Source: Moniliella sp. 'wahieum' (Eukaryota). Taken from it: a stretch of 64,000 bases of DNA. Of the stretch, positions 1-13,454 are shown in pieces. The position numbers and the translations under genes were made by a program. Within the stretch, counting starts at the first letter, position 1; each line of letters begins with the position of its first letter. The stretch is taken from positions 372,001 to 436,000 of the forward strand of contig RSEE01000011.1 in NCBI GenBank assembly GCA_003971905.1, read 5' to 3'. Under the pieces are notes generated by a model. That model was not told the origin of the DNA. It saw nothing but the letters and a program-made list of their open reading frames with translations, and did not search any database.

Positions 1-667
1 TCAACTCGTTTTGGCTACCTCTGTAACGTGTTTTCACTTGGTAGCAGTGCCTCGAAGTGGTGCAGCGGATCGGGTGGGGAATGGGGAATACTTGGGTAGT
101 GCAGTTGATGACAAGCTTTTCAGGGCGAGTCACAAGTAGGCGCTAGGCCAGACGCGTAACATCAGTGTGCCCGGTTGCGTGTGTCTGGTGCAGCCGGGAC
201 AATTGCCACCAAAGTTGTGAGTTCTGTGAGTTGCGTGGCGTGGATGATCATATCAAGGCCAGAGTAGAGAAGACGGAGAACAGCACGATTAGGCAGTTGT
301 CCCCGTCAAGACCCCCAGCGCAGTGTGTCAAATTAACGTTCCTCAGCCGACTGGAAGTGTCCCCCCAGCATCCCCCCGGCGACGTGTCTGTCGATGCCAG
401 AGGAGGGGAGGTGGATTTAAGGGGCTGCTGCCGGCGAGTGAAGCTTGAAGGCGGTAGCAGCGACCCGGGGGGAGGGGCGCGGCGAGCTGGCCCTGAAGCA
501 GGCGTGCTGTCTGCGGCGATTAGCGTGGCTCGCTTAATAGGAGTGGAGCCCGTCTCAAATTTGCGCGCAGCTGGCTGGATTCGATTGGAATTACGCCGAA
601 ATCAAACCGGGTTGCGCTCCTCCGCCCCACCACCTTCTCCCGCAGCCTGCTCCCACTGGATGCGCCC

Positions 668-3600
668 ATGAGTGTGAACAGTGGGCGAGTCCGCCGCCAG
701 CGCAGCTCCGCCACCCGCAGCGACAGCGGCGACGGTGCTGCTGCCCATGCCCACGCCCATGCGCGCCGTGTCCGTGCTCTTGGCGCCCGCCAACTCCGTG
801 CTGTCGGCAACTACCGTTTGGGACGCACCATTGGCGAAGGCTCCTTTGGTCGCGTCCGTTTGGCCCACCATGCCCTGATCCCTCATTGTGCCGTGGCGGA
901 ACAGATCGCGCGTGCCCGCACTGGCGGCGAGGAGCTCGCGGCGCTCGCGCGCGAGGTGGACCTGCATGCCCGTCTGCGCCACCGCCATGTCATGCAGCTG
1001 CTGGAGGTGGTAAGGACAGAGGGCAGCATCTGGCTTGTGTGAGCTGTGCCCTGGAGGAGAGCTGTACGACTATTTGGTGGAACAGCCCACCGGTCGGCTT
1101 GAGGAGCGCGAGGCGCGCCGCCTTCTCGGCCAGTTATGCCTGGCGGTGGCGTATGTGCATGACGCGGGCATCGTGCACCGCGATTCAAGCTGGAGAATGT
1201 GCTGTTGGATGAGCGGTGTAATGTCAAGCTGGCAGACTTTGGCTTTGTGTCCCAATTTGACGACGACGAGCTGCTTGACACACACTGCGGCACGACCGGC
1301 TATGCTGCCCCTGAGATGATCCGCGGCGAACGGTACCGCGGCCGCCAAGTGGACATCTGGTCTCCGTGTCATTTTATGCACTATCACTGGTGCTCTCCCG
1401 TTGACGATGACAGCGAGGACGTAATGCGCGCCAAAATCTTACTCGGCACATTTGACATCCCTCAGCACGTGTCTCCCGGTAAGCTGGTCTTCCCCACCCC
1501 CTACCCCTTTACGGCAGCTGACATTACGACTCCAGAGGCCGCCGATCTACTTCGGGCCATCCTTATCCGCTGACCCTTCAAGCGGCTCACTATTCCTCAG
1601 ATCCTCCAGCATCCTTGGTTCCACAAGAAGATGCCCCGCCGCCCCTTCAACCACCGCCTCTCCCATGGCCACCCCCACCTCCCGTAACGCTAGCGTCCGC
1701 AGCTTCCTCGTAGGGCTCACTCATACTCTGCTCCTTCGGTGGAAGAGATTGGCGCAGACCACCACGCAGGCCTCCCGTCGAGCTTGGCGCCCGTTCCTGA
1801 AGCGCCTGGCATCGTGGATGATGCCCGTTCCGACACAGACGTGTCTCGATGCGATTGCCCAGTCCGATGATGGCGCTACTCCAGACGAAGTTCCTGCTGA
1901 AACTACCGATACCGACGTTGCCTCTGACGACGCCGAAGTCACTCCTGCTCGCTTACCCACCCCGCCCGGAAGGAGCTTGCCTGCCTCTCCGCGGGTGCTG
2001 GGCTTTGAACCGCACCTGCCCTCGATTAGCACTGATCCTTTTACGGTGCTCCCGGAAAGTGACGAAACAGACTACTATGCACTGCTCTTGGTCCAGAGTA
2101 ACGGCGTAAAGGGGGTACGAGCCCACTTTAGTCGTCCGCTGGAACAGCACCTGCTCAGCACCATGTCCGTGCTCGGCTTGGATGTTGGCGCCATCGTCCG
2201 GTCGGTTCGGCGGGACGCGTGTGACTCCGCTAGTGCGCTCTGGTGGCTTCTTCGTCGCGCCGAGGAAAGAGAGAGTGAGAACGGCTTCTCCTCTCTCTTC
2301 CACAGCGGGATCCTCAACCCAAGAGCACCGGTCCCACAACCACCTTGCCTCCCACTAGCGTCAGGACGGAATCCATTTCCCTCCCGGACGTTCAAGAACC
2401 TCGTCATGCAGACTCGCCTCCAGCGATTATCATCGCTCCCGGCTCATCTCCAACACAAGAGACTCCCGAGCGGAGCGGTTCCTGGGCTTGGGCGCTCGGC
2501 GATACGTTTGACCCGTCCCATCCTCATGGGGCCCATTCTCCTTTAGAAGCCACTGTATCACCTCGGTCGACAAAACCAGAGCTGAAACAGATCGCTTTAC
2601 CCCCACATGGCGCTGGGGCGGATCTCCGCACAGATTCCAGCTTACCCGGCGCCGAGCGGAGTCCCTCGCACCGCTTTTGCGTTCTCCAGGGGAAGACCGT
2701 GACGTATGGAGCCACCAGCGGACACGTACCACTCCCAACCTTACTCTGGCGCGCCCGCCGCTCCCTACCTTGCAGACGACACAAACAACCTCGACCATCT
2801 CTCTTGGCGAGGCACCCTCGTCCCGTTCTGCCTCCCCTACCCCCTCACTGGCCGCTTTCCCCCCAAGCGGGAGACAGCAGAAGGGCTTCACGACCCGACC
2901 GACAGCTCTGCTTCGCTCGCCTCCGGTAATGCCGATCCCAGCTCTGGTACCTTCGTGCCCGACTCGGCCGAGATGCGTGAAGGGAGAAAGGGGCGCAAGA
3001 ATAAAAACCGGTTCTTGAACAGTCTGAGCACAGTTCGCACTTGGCTTGGTACCGCCGATCCTAAGCCTCTCGCTCCATTGGGGGCAAGAAGATGGTATCG
3101 CCGCACCGGGGAGAAGCAAGTCTGTTAACGGGATCCTCTGCATCTCTCATACCTTCCCCGAATGAGGCATCAACGCCATCCCTAAGAGAAGGACAAGTTC
3201 CAAGGCACCCTTGGTCTGAGCATGCCCCTGCGCAACGCAAAAAGCCATCCCGCCGAACACGCCACTTGGTTTACCCATTGCCAGCTTGGCTCATCTTCCG
3301 CCCCAAGGGCATCTTGGCGTCGGCACCGGCGATTCCTTGGCACAGCGACGGAGCAACAGCTTGCAGCGTACTGTCAGTCGGCCGCGGGGCGACCCGCGTA
3401 GATTTTCTGCACCTCGCAGTCCAGTGCGCGTCGTCCTCCCTCCCGTCGCACTAGCGAAGGTAGTGTCAGCCATGCGCGTCCAGCGCGGCCGGTTCGGACA
3501 CGTCGTCAAAGTCGTAGCGGGAGCACGCTTGCCAGCCGTTCATCTGCGCCGCCCGGGCATGGGGACTGGGCTAGTGCACGGGGACAGCTACACCGCGTCT

Positions 3601-4526
3601 GCGCACCCGTCCTAGTGCGTCGCGTACGTCCAGTCTCCTGGGGCGGGTCAATTCGGTCTCTTCGGTCGCTCGCCCCGCTCGACCGAGGTCGGTGCGCTCC
3701 ATACGTGCCACGTCTACCTCCACCCCAGACCACGCCACCGCCGCTCCTCTTCCGAGTCGCACACCATTGTTGTTCGCCGGCCCCTGCCGCGGCGACAGCG
3801 TTCCCGTGCTGACTCGGACGTGGTCGTGACCGACTTGTGCCTCGCTCTCCCCTCCTAGACGGAGAGGAGACACCGCACCGTTCTCAGTTCTTTGCCCACC
3901 GAAAACGGTCTTCCTTCAAACCCCTCGCCGACGGGACTCTGTTTCGGACGAAGCGCCGCCCCGGAGAGAAGTGGCGACGTGGCTGCAAAGTTGGGGCAAC
4001 CCACCCCTGATTGGGCGGGGCGGGTGGATTCGGGCGTGTCGTCTTCGATGGCACAGAGAAAGGAGCTGCTGGCGTTGCTTCAGCCCAAGTTACGCGACGT
4101 GTTTTCTGCCCAAGAGGACGAGGACGAAGATTGGGTGGACGAGGAAGAGGACGAGGAACTTTCCCTGGGTATGGGCCAGTAGCCGCGGGCTTGCGCCCTA
4201 TCGTCCCCCCCGAGGTGACGCGGTGGCGTTACAAGCAGCCTCGAGGCAAGCCCGATTCGCCGTACGCAAGCCGGATGACGGTGCATGCGCCCTCGGTTGT
4301 CGCGCCCCCTGAGGATGGCGTGGCGGCACAGTTGGAAACAGTGACCCATCACCTTGCCTCGCTCGCCTCGCACCCGCCGCCTGCAGGCTACTCCCCCACC
4401 CCCACCCCCACCCACACGCCCGCCCCCCGGAATCAACGCCACGGTTCCCTCGGGCCACGGATCCGCACTGCGGCTGCCCCGGCCTTTACGGATGTGCCGA
4501 TCGAAGAGGAAGAAGAGGAGGATTGA
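668..4526 (+). CDS. Ser/Thr protein kinase, CAMK/CAMKL-like, N-terminal kinase domain plus long low-complexity tail (frameshifted)
   Basis: Consecutive ORF pieces give IGEGSFGRVRL, ELCPGGELYDY, IVHRD, VKLADFG, THCGTTGYAAPE, VDIWS, QILQHPWF. Intron 1479-1535 (GTAAGC..GCTGAC..CAG). Tail ends DVPIEEEEEED* at 4526. Confidence 0.88.
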
Positions 4527-4838
4527 GTAGAGTTGCTACAACGTTTCTTCTGGAATCCTTTTGAGCTGTTATGGATGCGAACGTATACCCTTTTTGTTTC
4601 TCTGCTGGGGGGTAGGCAGTGGAAGTAGTCAGGGCCCGATAGATCGCTCTGGACGAACCCCGGCGCTCGCTCCACCATCTCCGAGTGCCAGCGTTACGAA
4701 TTTGGGCAACTGTGGCCAACATCAAGCCTTAGGGAAGGCACAGCAGGTCACGCCAGGCACGCGCACTGAATATGTTGCCCTCGTCTAGCTGCAAACGATT
4801 GCAACGAACGCAATGCGGTTCGCCAGCATCAAAAAAGA

Positions 4839-4923
4839 CGCCCCACGTGGGACTCGAACCCACAACCGTGAGATGGACTTGGGTAGTAAGAGTCTCAAAT
4901 TCTACCGATTGAAATAGCGAGGC
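4839..4923 (-). tRNA. tRNA-Lys(CTT) with 12-nt intron (4875-4886)
   Basis: Reverse complement folds as acceptor GCCTCGC/GTGGGGC, anticodon stem TGAGA/TCTCA with CT-CTT-A, intron after position 37, T-arm GTGGG-TTCGAGT-CCCAC; T6 Pol III terminator follows (A6 at 4831-4836). Confidence 0.93.
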
Positions 4924-5464
4924 AATGTGGTGGTTGAAGCTGTTGTTGCATTCGCTCTTACCTGTGATGCGTGTGATGCATGATAGCGCAGCCAGAAACG
5001 TTCAGTGTTCAGTTGCTTATGCAATGCGTATTCGCATCCCGGTTGACTCCGTTCGACTGTGGCGTCTGCGCTTGGATGCGTGCGGTGGAGACGGGCTGCG
5101 TCGGGGCAGCAACGACTGCACTGCAGCGGTGCAGCGGGGCATGCTGCCAGTTTCAAAACCAATGCGGGATGGCGCCGATAACGTCGATAGCGCGTAACGC
5201 CCGGTGCGTGTTGGATTTATTTGCAGGCGCATCGCCCTTCTGATACGCGCTTTTGCGTCGACTCTGTTGGATGCATGCCCACAGCCTCGTGTCCGATAAG
5301 GCCCTAGGCTCCTAAGGCTCAAGGCCCCTAAGGCCTAAGGCCGAACAGGCTGCCCGGCTGGCTGGTCGTGTGAGCCATGCACGCGATGAGCAGCCCATCT
5401 GCAGCTCTTTTCAGGCCATTCAGATCCCCGCCACCACCTTCTTTCATCCCTCTCTCGTTGTGCC

Positions 5465-6205
5465 ATGGCCACCTGGCAGCGACACGCCGCTACCATTGTT
5501 GACACGACCCAGATGGGCGTCCTTAATCCTGGGTATGTCTCTTTGTTCCATGTTTCTTGCCCCTCTGTTGTGGCAGCCGCTGCGCGGCGTTCAACATGGA
5601 ACGCACGCATGCAACGCGGCATATACCACCGACAACCCAAGTGAGGTGTCTGTTTGCTGACCACCTAGCTGATGCCCCCATTGGTTTGATCAGGCGTCCT
5701 GCTGACGATTATTGGGCTTTTGCCTGCATTCTCCTTACCCTTCCCGTGATCCATCCCTTTAAACTGGGTCGCTACGCTCCAGCCTACTGGCTGGCGAACT
5801 GTACGTCACCCCCATCCGTTTCTCTTCCGCCCTTCTTGCGTATACCGATACTATGCATGTCCACTTCTGTATCACCCATTGACCTTCTTCTTCCACGGAT
5901 CCTCTGCCTGGCTGGCCACCGCACCGCTTCGCGCAGTCTATGATGATGCCCACTACTACCTCGAATGGGCCGAGACACCATTGTCAGGCAAGATCTGGGA
6001 TCTGGAACCCCTCGTCGCAGTGCCCATCCGAACCGAGACGCAAGACGCCGGAGGGGACGGGAAATGGCATGGCATGGAGACGCTCTACGGCCAGGCGGCT
6101 GGTACGGAGAAGCAGCCGGCGCCGTCTCGATGGGAGGGCGGCGGTGGGAGAGCTAGGAGGCTTGCGCCTGGGGGGAGTGAGGGGGGGGGTGTTTCTATTT
6201 CCTGA
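5465..6205 (+). CDS. small multi-exon hypothetical protein
   Basis: ATG 5465 (MATWQRHAATIVDTTQMGVLNPG); three intron-like segments opening GTATGT (~5533), GTGAGG (5641), GTACGT (5801); protein-like exons RPADDYWAFACILLTLPVIHPFKLGRYAPAYWLAN and VYDDAHYYLEWAETPLSGKIWDLEPLVAVP. Confidence 0.5.
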
Positions 6206-6853
6206 TTGATGTATATATGAGTTTGATATGATTTGTGAAGAAACCATGGTGTTTGGGGATGACCACTCGACGAGCGAAGCTCGTGTCGGCATGCCACGAG
6301 CCGCAATACTGAGGCCGGACAATGATTCAACCATACAGACCCCGCAGTTTGGACCCCCTCTGCCAAATAGTCCTCTTCCTCTGTGGCACGCCCGTGAACG
6401 TCCCTATAATACCGCTCGTACGACCAAACCGAGACCAGAGAGGCAGTGCAAAGGTAGGGCTTTTCATCACCTCCCCTCCATCCGCCATCAGCTGTACATA
6501 ACAAGAGGTCAACTGCATTGTCTCCCGCTGGTCTAATCTCCTGGGCGCTCTTCAATGCTATTCCAACACCTTATTCTATTCGATCGAGAGAGGAAAGTGC
6601 TCGCTGAAAATCTCCAGCGCTCACCACGACAGCAAAAGCAAATCCCAGACAGCGCTAGGGTTGCGTGCCCCCAGCAACCGCCGAGTGCGGCCGCTGTTGG
6701 CCTCGCCGCTGCTCCGCAGGCTCGTCTCGGCAGCCTCCACGTGGCTGCCACCACACAGCCCAGCCGTGCTGACCCTCACGCCGAAAGAGCATCCAGCCGA
6801 GCATCGCCAGCATCGCCGCCAGCATCGCCATTGCATCGTTTGCATCGCCCTCC

Positions 6854-9800
6854 ATGCCCACGGCGCATGCCGAGCATCTCGTCAACGCAGAGGCCACCGC
6901 CGTCAGTCGGCCCTGCGTCGCGCGGCGCGAGCACGCGAGCGCGGCTACTTTGCGTCTGCTCCCGCCACATCCTATGCTGCCCTCCTCGCCCACACCGATA
7001 CCTCGGCCCTCGCCCTGACTGCCTTCGCGACGGAAGCTGCCCAGCGAACCCTTTTCAACGCCCTTGCCCTCCCGCCAGAAGCAGCGGGACCGACGCTGCC
7101 CTTCTCAGGTTCGGCCTCGGACGAGCTAACTGCCCCCCCCCCGGCAACCCCAGCCACGGCCGCCGTCTGTCCTCCTTGGCCGCTGAAAAACCTGTCCCCG
7201 CCCCGGTGGCAGGTGAAGAGCTGGGCATCGTTTCCTCTTCAGCTCAGGATGCGCTCCTTGCCCCGTCTGTGCCCGCGCCCGCGCCCGCGCCTCTGTCTGT
7301 GCGCATTCCCGCCCCCAGCGGCGGGTTGGAAACGATCGCTGAGGACGACTCCGAGACGGGTCTGCTGGCCTCGTTTGTCATACTCAAAGCACAGCTACGT
7401 GAGGTGGGCGGGGTGCATGCGCTTCCTCTTCCGTTGCTTGTCGCACCCTTTGTCAAGGCGGTCATTTCGCCTCGCACAAGCGGATCAGTGACGTCGGCAG
7501 CGCTGCAAGCGCTGGACCGCATGTTGCTTAATGGCATTATCCCTGCCACGGGCGATGCTTCGCACCAAGCTGCGGTGGCGGACATTGCTCATGCCGTGAC
7601 TCACTGTCGGTTTGAAGCGGGGGACCCAGTGGTGGACGAGCTGGTGCTGCTTCGCATCTTGTCGCTGATGCGCCAACTTGCTTGTCCCTCTGACTCGCCC
7701 ATCTCTCCGGCATGGACGCTCTCGAACGAAGCAGTGTGCGAGATTGTCGAGACAGCACTTAGCATGGCTTCTCAAACCCGCTTGAGTGGTACGTTCTGTG
7801 TTTGTGTTACTTTTTCTGTGTTCCTTGCTTCGCCCACCATGACGTCGGACTGCTGACCCTCCTTCGTGTCCCTAGACGTCCTGCGCCGCTCCGCGAACCA
7901 AACCCTGTGCCAACTCGTCCGCACTCTTTTTGAAAACTCGACATTTCCCCCCCCAACGTCAAGCGTCCAGTTCATCCGCTTCGTCCGCCGACGTGCCACC
8001 TTCGAGCGAACCAGCGGCCCTTTCGGAACACGACATTAAAAATGCATCCAATGACCCTGCCCGACCCTAAGAGCCACGAAGTTCCAAGTGCCGGCTTGGT
8101 GGCCAAGGAGACCCGACCCGATTCCGAATCAGGTTCAGGTTCCGAGTCAAGGGGGGAGGGGGAGGTCAAATCCGCTCCCGAGCCGGATCAACCGATCCCA
8201 CCCCAAGCCGAGGCGTCGGCACCCGTACCCGCGTTTCCCGCGCCGACGCCGGTGCCTGTGCCCCTGCCCGAGTCGGATCCGGAGCCAGAGGCGGAGCTGG
8301 TGTCGCTGCCCATGTTAGTGCCAAGCTACGACGTAGCAGCGCTTTCGGAAATCTGCGTGTCATTCTTGCGCTTCTGGATCCACGGGCCGGGGAGACAACG
8401 GATGCAATGCGCTTCCTGGGGATGAACGTGATGATGGCGCTGGTCGAGGCCCATGGTACCTCTCTTTTGGCTCGGTCCGACGTGCTGCGAAGTCAAATGC
8501 AGGATACGGCATGCAACTATCTCTTCCAACTGGCCCAATGCGACAATCCTAACCTTGTCACCTATTCACTTCGCACGATCCAGACCTTGTTTGACTCGGC
8601 GGGCTATTGGCTCAAGTTCCAACTCGAGTTCTTCCTCAAAGAGATTTTTGTCAAGTTAGCACCTACTTTTCCCCTTGCCTTGGAACCTTGGAAGGAACAT
8701 GGAAGTACCGACCCACTTCTTTCCTTCCCGCACTCGTCGCCTGCTACTCCAACGCCCGGAACGGCCCACCGCCTCCGCCCCCGCCGCCACAGCCCAAGGC
8801 AAGTGGCATGGCGCCTCTGACGGGCGAGTGAGAGAGTTGTATGTCGAGGCGCTCTGCAGCCTTCTTGCCAGTCTTTCCCGTGGTGGCGGAGACGCCTATG
8901 TGACGCTCTGGGCCAATTACGATGTGGAGATGGATGCAGACAATGTGGTGGAAGAGCTGGTCCGATTCTGGTCCCGTGCTGTCTTTGCCCAACCGCCTGC
9001 TTCTGCCCAGACCTGGCCAGCTCGAGTCCGGGCCAAGACGGGCTGCAGATGGTGGCGCTGGATGCGATTATTGGACTGGTCCAGTCCCTGTATGCCCGGC
9101 AAAAGGACCCGCTTCTCCAGCCTCCTGAGCTCTGGTCCCCCTCCCTCTTACCCCCTCTCATAATTGGCCGAGAAGAAGGAGCGCAAGGCCACCCTGCTCG
9201 CCGGGGCAGACGAGTTCAACCGCAAACCCAAAAACGGCATTGCCTTCTTCCGGTCGCATGGGATGCTGCCCCCTGCCCCACCCGTGGAGGCGACCGACGA
9301 GGCGGCCAAAAGCGCGGACGACTTGGCCGTCGCTCGCTTTCTGCGATCGTGTCCTCGCCTCGACAAGAAGGGCTTGGGCGAGTATCTGGCGGCGCCGAGC
9401 AACACGGGCATCCTGGAAAAGTTTATTGGTCTGTTTGATTTTGGAGGGTGCAACGTGGCGGATGGGTTGCGCACGCTGCTCGAATCGTTTCGCTTGCCCG
9501 GCGAGGCGCAACAAATTTCGCGCATCACCGAGACGTTTGCGTCGCATTACTTTAGTTTTGGTCCGGCGGGCATTGCTTCGTCCGATGGGGTGTATGTGCT
9601 GGCGTTTTCGGTGATTATGCTCAACACCGATCAGCATAACCGCAGGCGGCCAAACGACGAATGCAGTGGACGATTATCGCAAGAACTTACGAGGCGTCAA
9701 CGACGGCCAAGATTTCGACCAAGATTTGCTCGCGGAATTGTACGAGTCGATCAAGCAAAAGGAGATCATCATGCCCGAGGAGCATGCCGGTACCGCGGGT

Positions 9801-12481
9801 TTGACTATGCATGGAAGGAACTGGTGACACGCATGCGCGCATCCAACGTGCCTTGCCTTGTCCCGTGTTGCACACCATGTATTTGACCGCACGCTGTTTC
9901 AACGGTCTTGGCGGCCCCTCGTCGCTGCTCTGGCCCATGGCTTCTCTACCTTCCGTGATGACAGTTGTTGGAACGTGCGATTGCTGGCTTCCGGCAATGC
10001 GCTGCGCTCGCTTCGCAGTTTGGCATGGTGGAGCTGTTTGACTTTATGGCCCAGACCTTGGCGGACGCGACGGGCTTGCTGGACGACCAACTGTGTGTGG
10101 GGGTGAACAATGCGCGTGTGGAGCGGCAAGCGCCTGCTCCCCAACCAAGGAGAACCAACCATGGACCCAGGCGCCGTCGCCTCCTTCGATCCAGCCGCGG
10201 AGCCAGACGTGCTGGTCGTTGGTCCGTTGAGTGTCGGATTCGGCTTGAATTTCAAAGGCCAAATGGCGGCGGTGGTGCTGTTCAACATTGCCAATGGAAA
10301 TGGCCATTCGATCCAGACTTCGTGGCCGGCGATCTTGCGGATTGCCAAAACCTCTTTGCGCATTCGCTCGTGCCGCCCGAACTGAGCAGCATGTTTCTGT
10401 TTGGCAAGCCGGCCGAAGACATTCCTCTGAGGCCCAAACGTCTGGCGCATGTGCCCTCCCCCGATTCCCGCGGACCAGGCGGCCTTTTCTCTACCCTGTC
10501 ATCGTATCTGTTGCGGGGGACCGGCGGGGGCGCCGCCCCGCTGGTGGCTACGAGACCACCTACCCCCCCCTCCGCCATGTCACAGCGAAGACGTAGAGGC
10601 GACCCTGTGCACGCTCGATTGCCTCGCCTCGTGTCGGATTCAGGACATTTGTCCAGATGGCCGAGCTGGAAGGGGAACAGTTGGTCCAAGCTGTGCCTTG
10701 GCAGCGCTGGCCGATTGGTACACCCTCGACCGCCTCGCTGCGGCCAAACACGCATTGGGCCCCGACTCGGGCAGTTCCACCCCGCGTCGCTCGGCCGATG
10801 TGGGCGCAACTGGCTCAGCAGGCAGCACCCCTCGGTCCACACCGCGCCCGGTCGTTCAGCTGGTCCGCGGTCAGCTGCCCTACGACCCAGCGTCCATGTT
10901 CTTGGAGGAACGTCTGACGGAGCTCGTCGTTGCCGGACGCGCGCCCACACAGCCGGCTTGGCGCCTGGCAATGGGCCACTTTGTTGCCATCCTCTCCGAC
11001 GCCGCACGCTTCCATCCTGCTGGTAGAGAGCGAGCAGTAGTGAGCGTGCTTCGCCTCTTGGCTGTCGCACCCATCAACCCGAGCCAGAACCAGAACCAGA
11101 GCCAAGCCAGAGTCAGAGTCAGAGCCAGCCACGCTGCGCCCCGCACCTCCTTCGTCCGCACCAGCCGCTGGAACGCGTGGTGGTGACCCCGGCAGGGCGG
11201 TACGGGACGAAGCGGGTAGCGCTGGACGCACTGCGTGCGATCCGCCGGATTTGGTACCGGCCATGGCAGAGCAGCTGATCCTAGGGCTCGGAGCGCTGCT
11301 GGCCAGCCGAGGTCCCCACCTCCTCGTCCACCCTACCGAGTGGCGTGGCTGACCCTAGTGGCCCAGTGTGCTTTGCACGCAACGCGGCGGCGGCAAGCGA
11401 GGCGCTGGACGTGGTGCGCGACCTGGCCCTGGGCACGCCGAACGAATCGCTCCTCTCGTGGCCAACTACGCCAAAGGTAGTAGACTGCTGCGGGAATTCG
11501 CACTGGCATCCGACGTGGTCGCCGTCGCCCGCCACGCCCACGCCCACCCGGGCAAACAACCGGCCCGGCGCACCTTGACGGAGAAAAAGGAGCAGGCGAG
11601 TACGACGCTGCGGCGCAACAGGCGCGGCCTAGCTGCGTTGGCTGTCCTAGGCGAACTACGACATGGCGCCGCGTCTCCTGGCCACGTTGTCGCCGCCGCG
11701 CGCCGCAGCTGGGGCGACCGAGACGTCAGAGGCTGATGCTGAGACTGAGGCTGACTCGCACGCTCCCGCCAGGGACAGGGGGAGGAGTGGGGCGCAATGT
11801 GGAGCCGACTATGGATTGGTCTACTGGAGCGGGCACAGCGGGGTGATGGTTACCGTGCCGCGCGGCACGAAGCGATGGGGCTGCTACAAAAAGTGTGCGG
11901 CGCCCGAGCTGCTGGGCTCGCTGCCCGCGCGGATGGCGGAGGGCAGTGGCAAGCGTGCTGCATGCGGCCTGTTCCCTGCGCTGGACCTGGCGCTGAGCCC
12001 GGGCGCGGCGCACGTCGACGCGGCAGGCGGGCTGGGGAGACGCAGGAGCGACTGGGAGCCATGCTGGGCAAGGTGCTGCTGGCGTACCTGCCGACGCTGG
12101 CGGCGGGCGAGGAACAGGCCGGTGCGGGTGTGGGAGCCGTCGCTGGACCTGCTGCGACGGATGCTGGTGGCGGCGCGGCGGACGCGTGGCGCAGCGGGGG
12201 GCGAGGCAGTGGCCGAGACGGTGAAGAACGTGGTGCTGGTGGTGCATGCGGCGGGGCTGCTGGAGCCCGCGCAGAGAGACAACGCCACTGCAGCAGGCGG
12301 TGTGGGCAGCTGCGGCCCGCGCCTGGCCTCGGCGCTGCCGGGGCTGCTGGAGGAGTGTGTGGGGGGCAGCGGGGGGTCAGTCCGCACTAGCATGCATGCT
12401 GCATGCGCCCCGAGAACAATGCAGATGCAGGGAGGCAATACAATCAATCCATTACAATCAGCATGCTCGCTTAGCGCTTAG
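6854..12481 (+). CDS. GEA2: Arf guanine-nucleotide exchange factor, Gea1/Gea2/GBF1 family (Sec7 domain), frameshifted
   Basis: N-terminal DCB-like segment (LVAPFVKAVISPRTSGSVTSAALQAL, AVTHCRFEAGD, DELVLLRIL), LWANYD motif, Sec7 domain (FNRKPKNGIAF, LRTLLESFRLPGEAQQISRI, VYVLAFSVIMLNTDQHN), C-terminal EAVAETVKNVVLVVHAAG. Intron ~7789-7875. 3' end uncertain. Confidence 0.9.
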
Positions 12482-12680
12482 CGTAGCCGCTGGGTGCTGG
12501 CTGGCGTGGTGCGGGGCAGGGCAGGACACGGGTGTCTGTCGGGTGGGCGATGTGCGTGTGGGCGCGGCAGGTACATACGGAGTGAGAGCAGGAGACCCTG
12601 CCAGCCCTGGCAGCTGGGTACGGGTGTTGGCGGCGGCGCACTGGCGTGGCCGGTGGGCAGGCAGTGGCTGGCAGGGATGC

Positions 12681-12947
12681 AGAGTGCCGATGGCCGATGG
12701 GCTGGCGGCATCGGGCCAGCGCTGGTCGCCTGCACGGCTGCAGGACGCCACAGGCTGCTGCAGCTGGGGCTGGGTGCGCCGGCTGAGCCTGGCTGAGCAC
12801 GGGCGCTGCCAGGGCTGGCAGGGAGAGTGCCGATGGCCGATGGGCTGGCGGCATCGGGCCAGCGCTGGTCGCCTGCACGGCTGCAGGACGCCACAGGCTG
12901 CTGCAGCTGGGGCTGGGTGCGCCGGCTGAGCCTGGCTGAGCACGGGC
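12681..12947. repeat. direct tandem duplication, two 124-bp copies (12681-12804, 12824-12947), period 143 bp
   Basis: AGAGTGCCGATGGCCGATGGGCTGG...CTGAGCACGGGC occurs twice, identical by eye, each preceded by GGCTGGCAGGG. Confidence 0.92.
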
Positions 12948-13454
12948 CGTGGGGAGGGAGTGCCTGGCATCGACGGTGCATGCGACGGCAGGCAGCAGCG
13001 GCAGGGCAGCGTCTGCGATCGGAGCAGCAGCAGCTGCCGCATCGCACAGGCCACGCCGCAGACAGGCGCAGCAGTCTGCACAGAACGCAGCTCGGCTGGG
13101 CAGCCGGAGCAGCAGCAGCGTACGCGAGCCCAGCGGAGCACCGCTGAGCGTCTCCGATCGCCAGAGCAGCAAGCTTTGCGTCAAACCGCACGCTTGCGTT
13201 GGCTGCTGGTTGCTGGTGCGCGTTGCGTTGCAGCCAGAACAGCAGCCAGAACAGCAGCCACTCCCGCAGCCAGCCAGGACGCAGTCCACTGGCCAGCTAC
13301 GTGCGTCCTATACTTGCACCTGCCCCCCCTGCGCCTGCCTGCACCCAGCAATATACCACCTGCCCTCCAACTCCACCGCCCTCCTCCTTCTGCTCCTCTG
13401 CCCTCCCTCGCCCCCGTCCTCCCTCCTTCACCCACCCTCTCCCCACCGTTCCCC

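Noticed and set aside
890..910. Kinase appears to lack the catalytic VAxK lysine (reads VAEQI), suggesting a pseudokinase
   Set aside because: All other catalytic motifs are intact and nearby indels are frequent; probably a small consensus deletion.
12246..13289. Several long overlapping ORFs on both strands with repeated peptides
   Set aside because: Explained by very high GC (few stops) and the 143-bp DNA duplication; no protein-like motifs.
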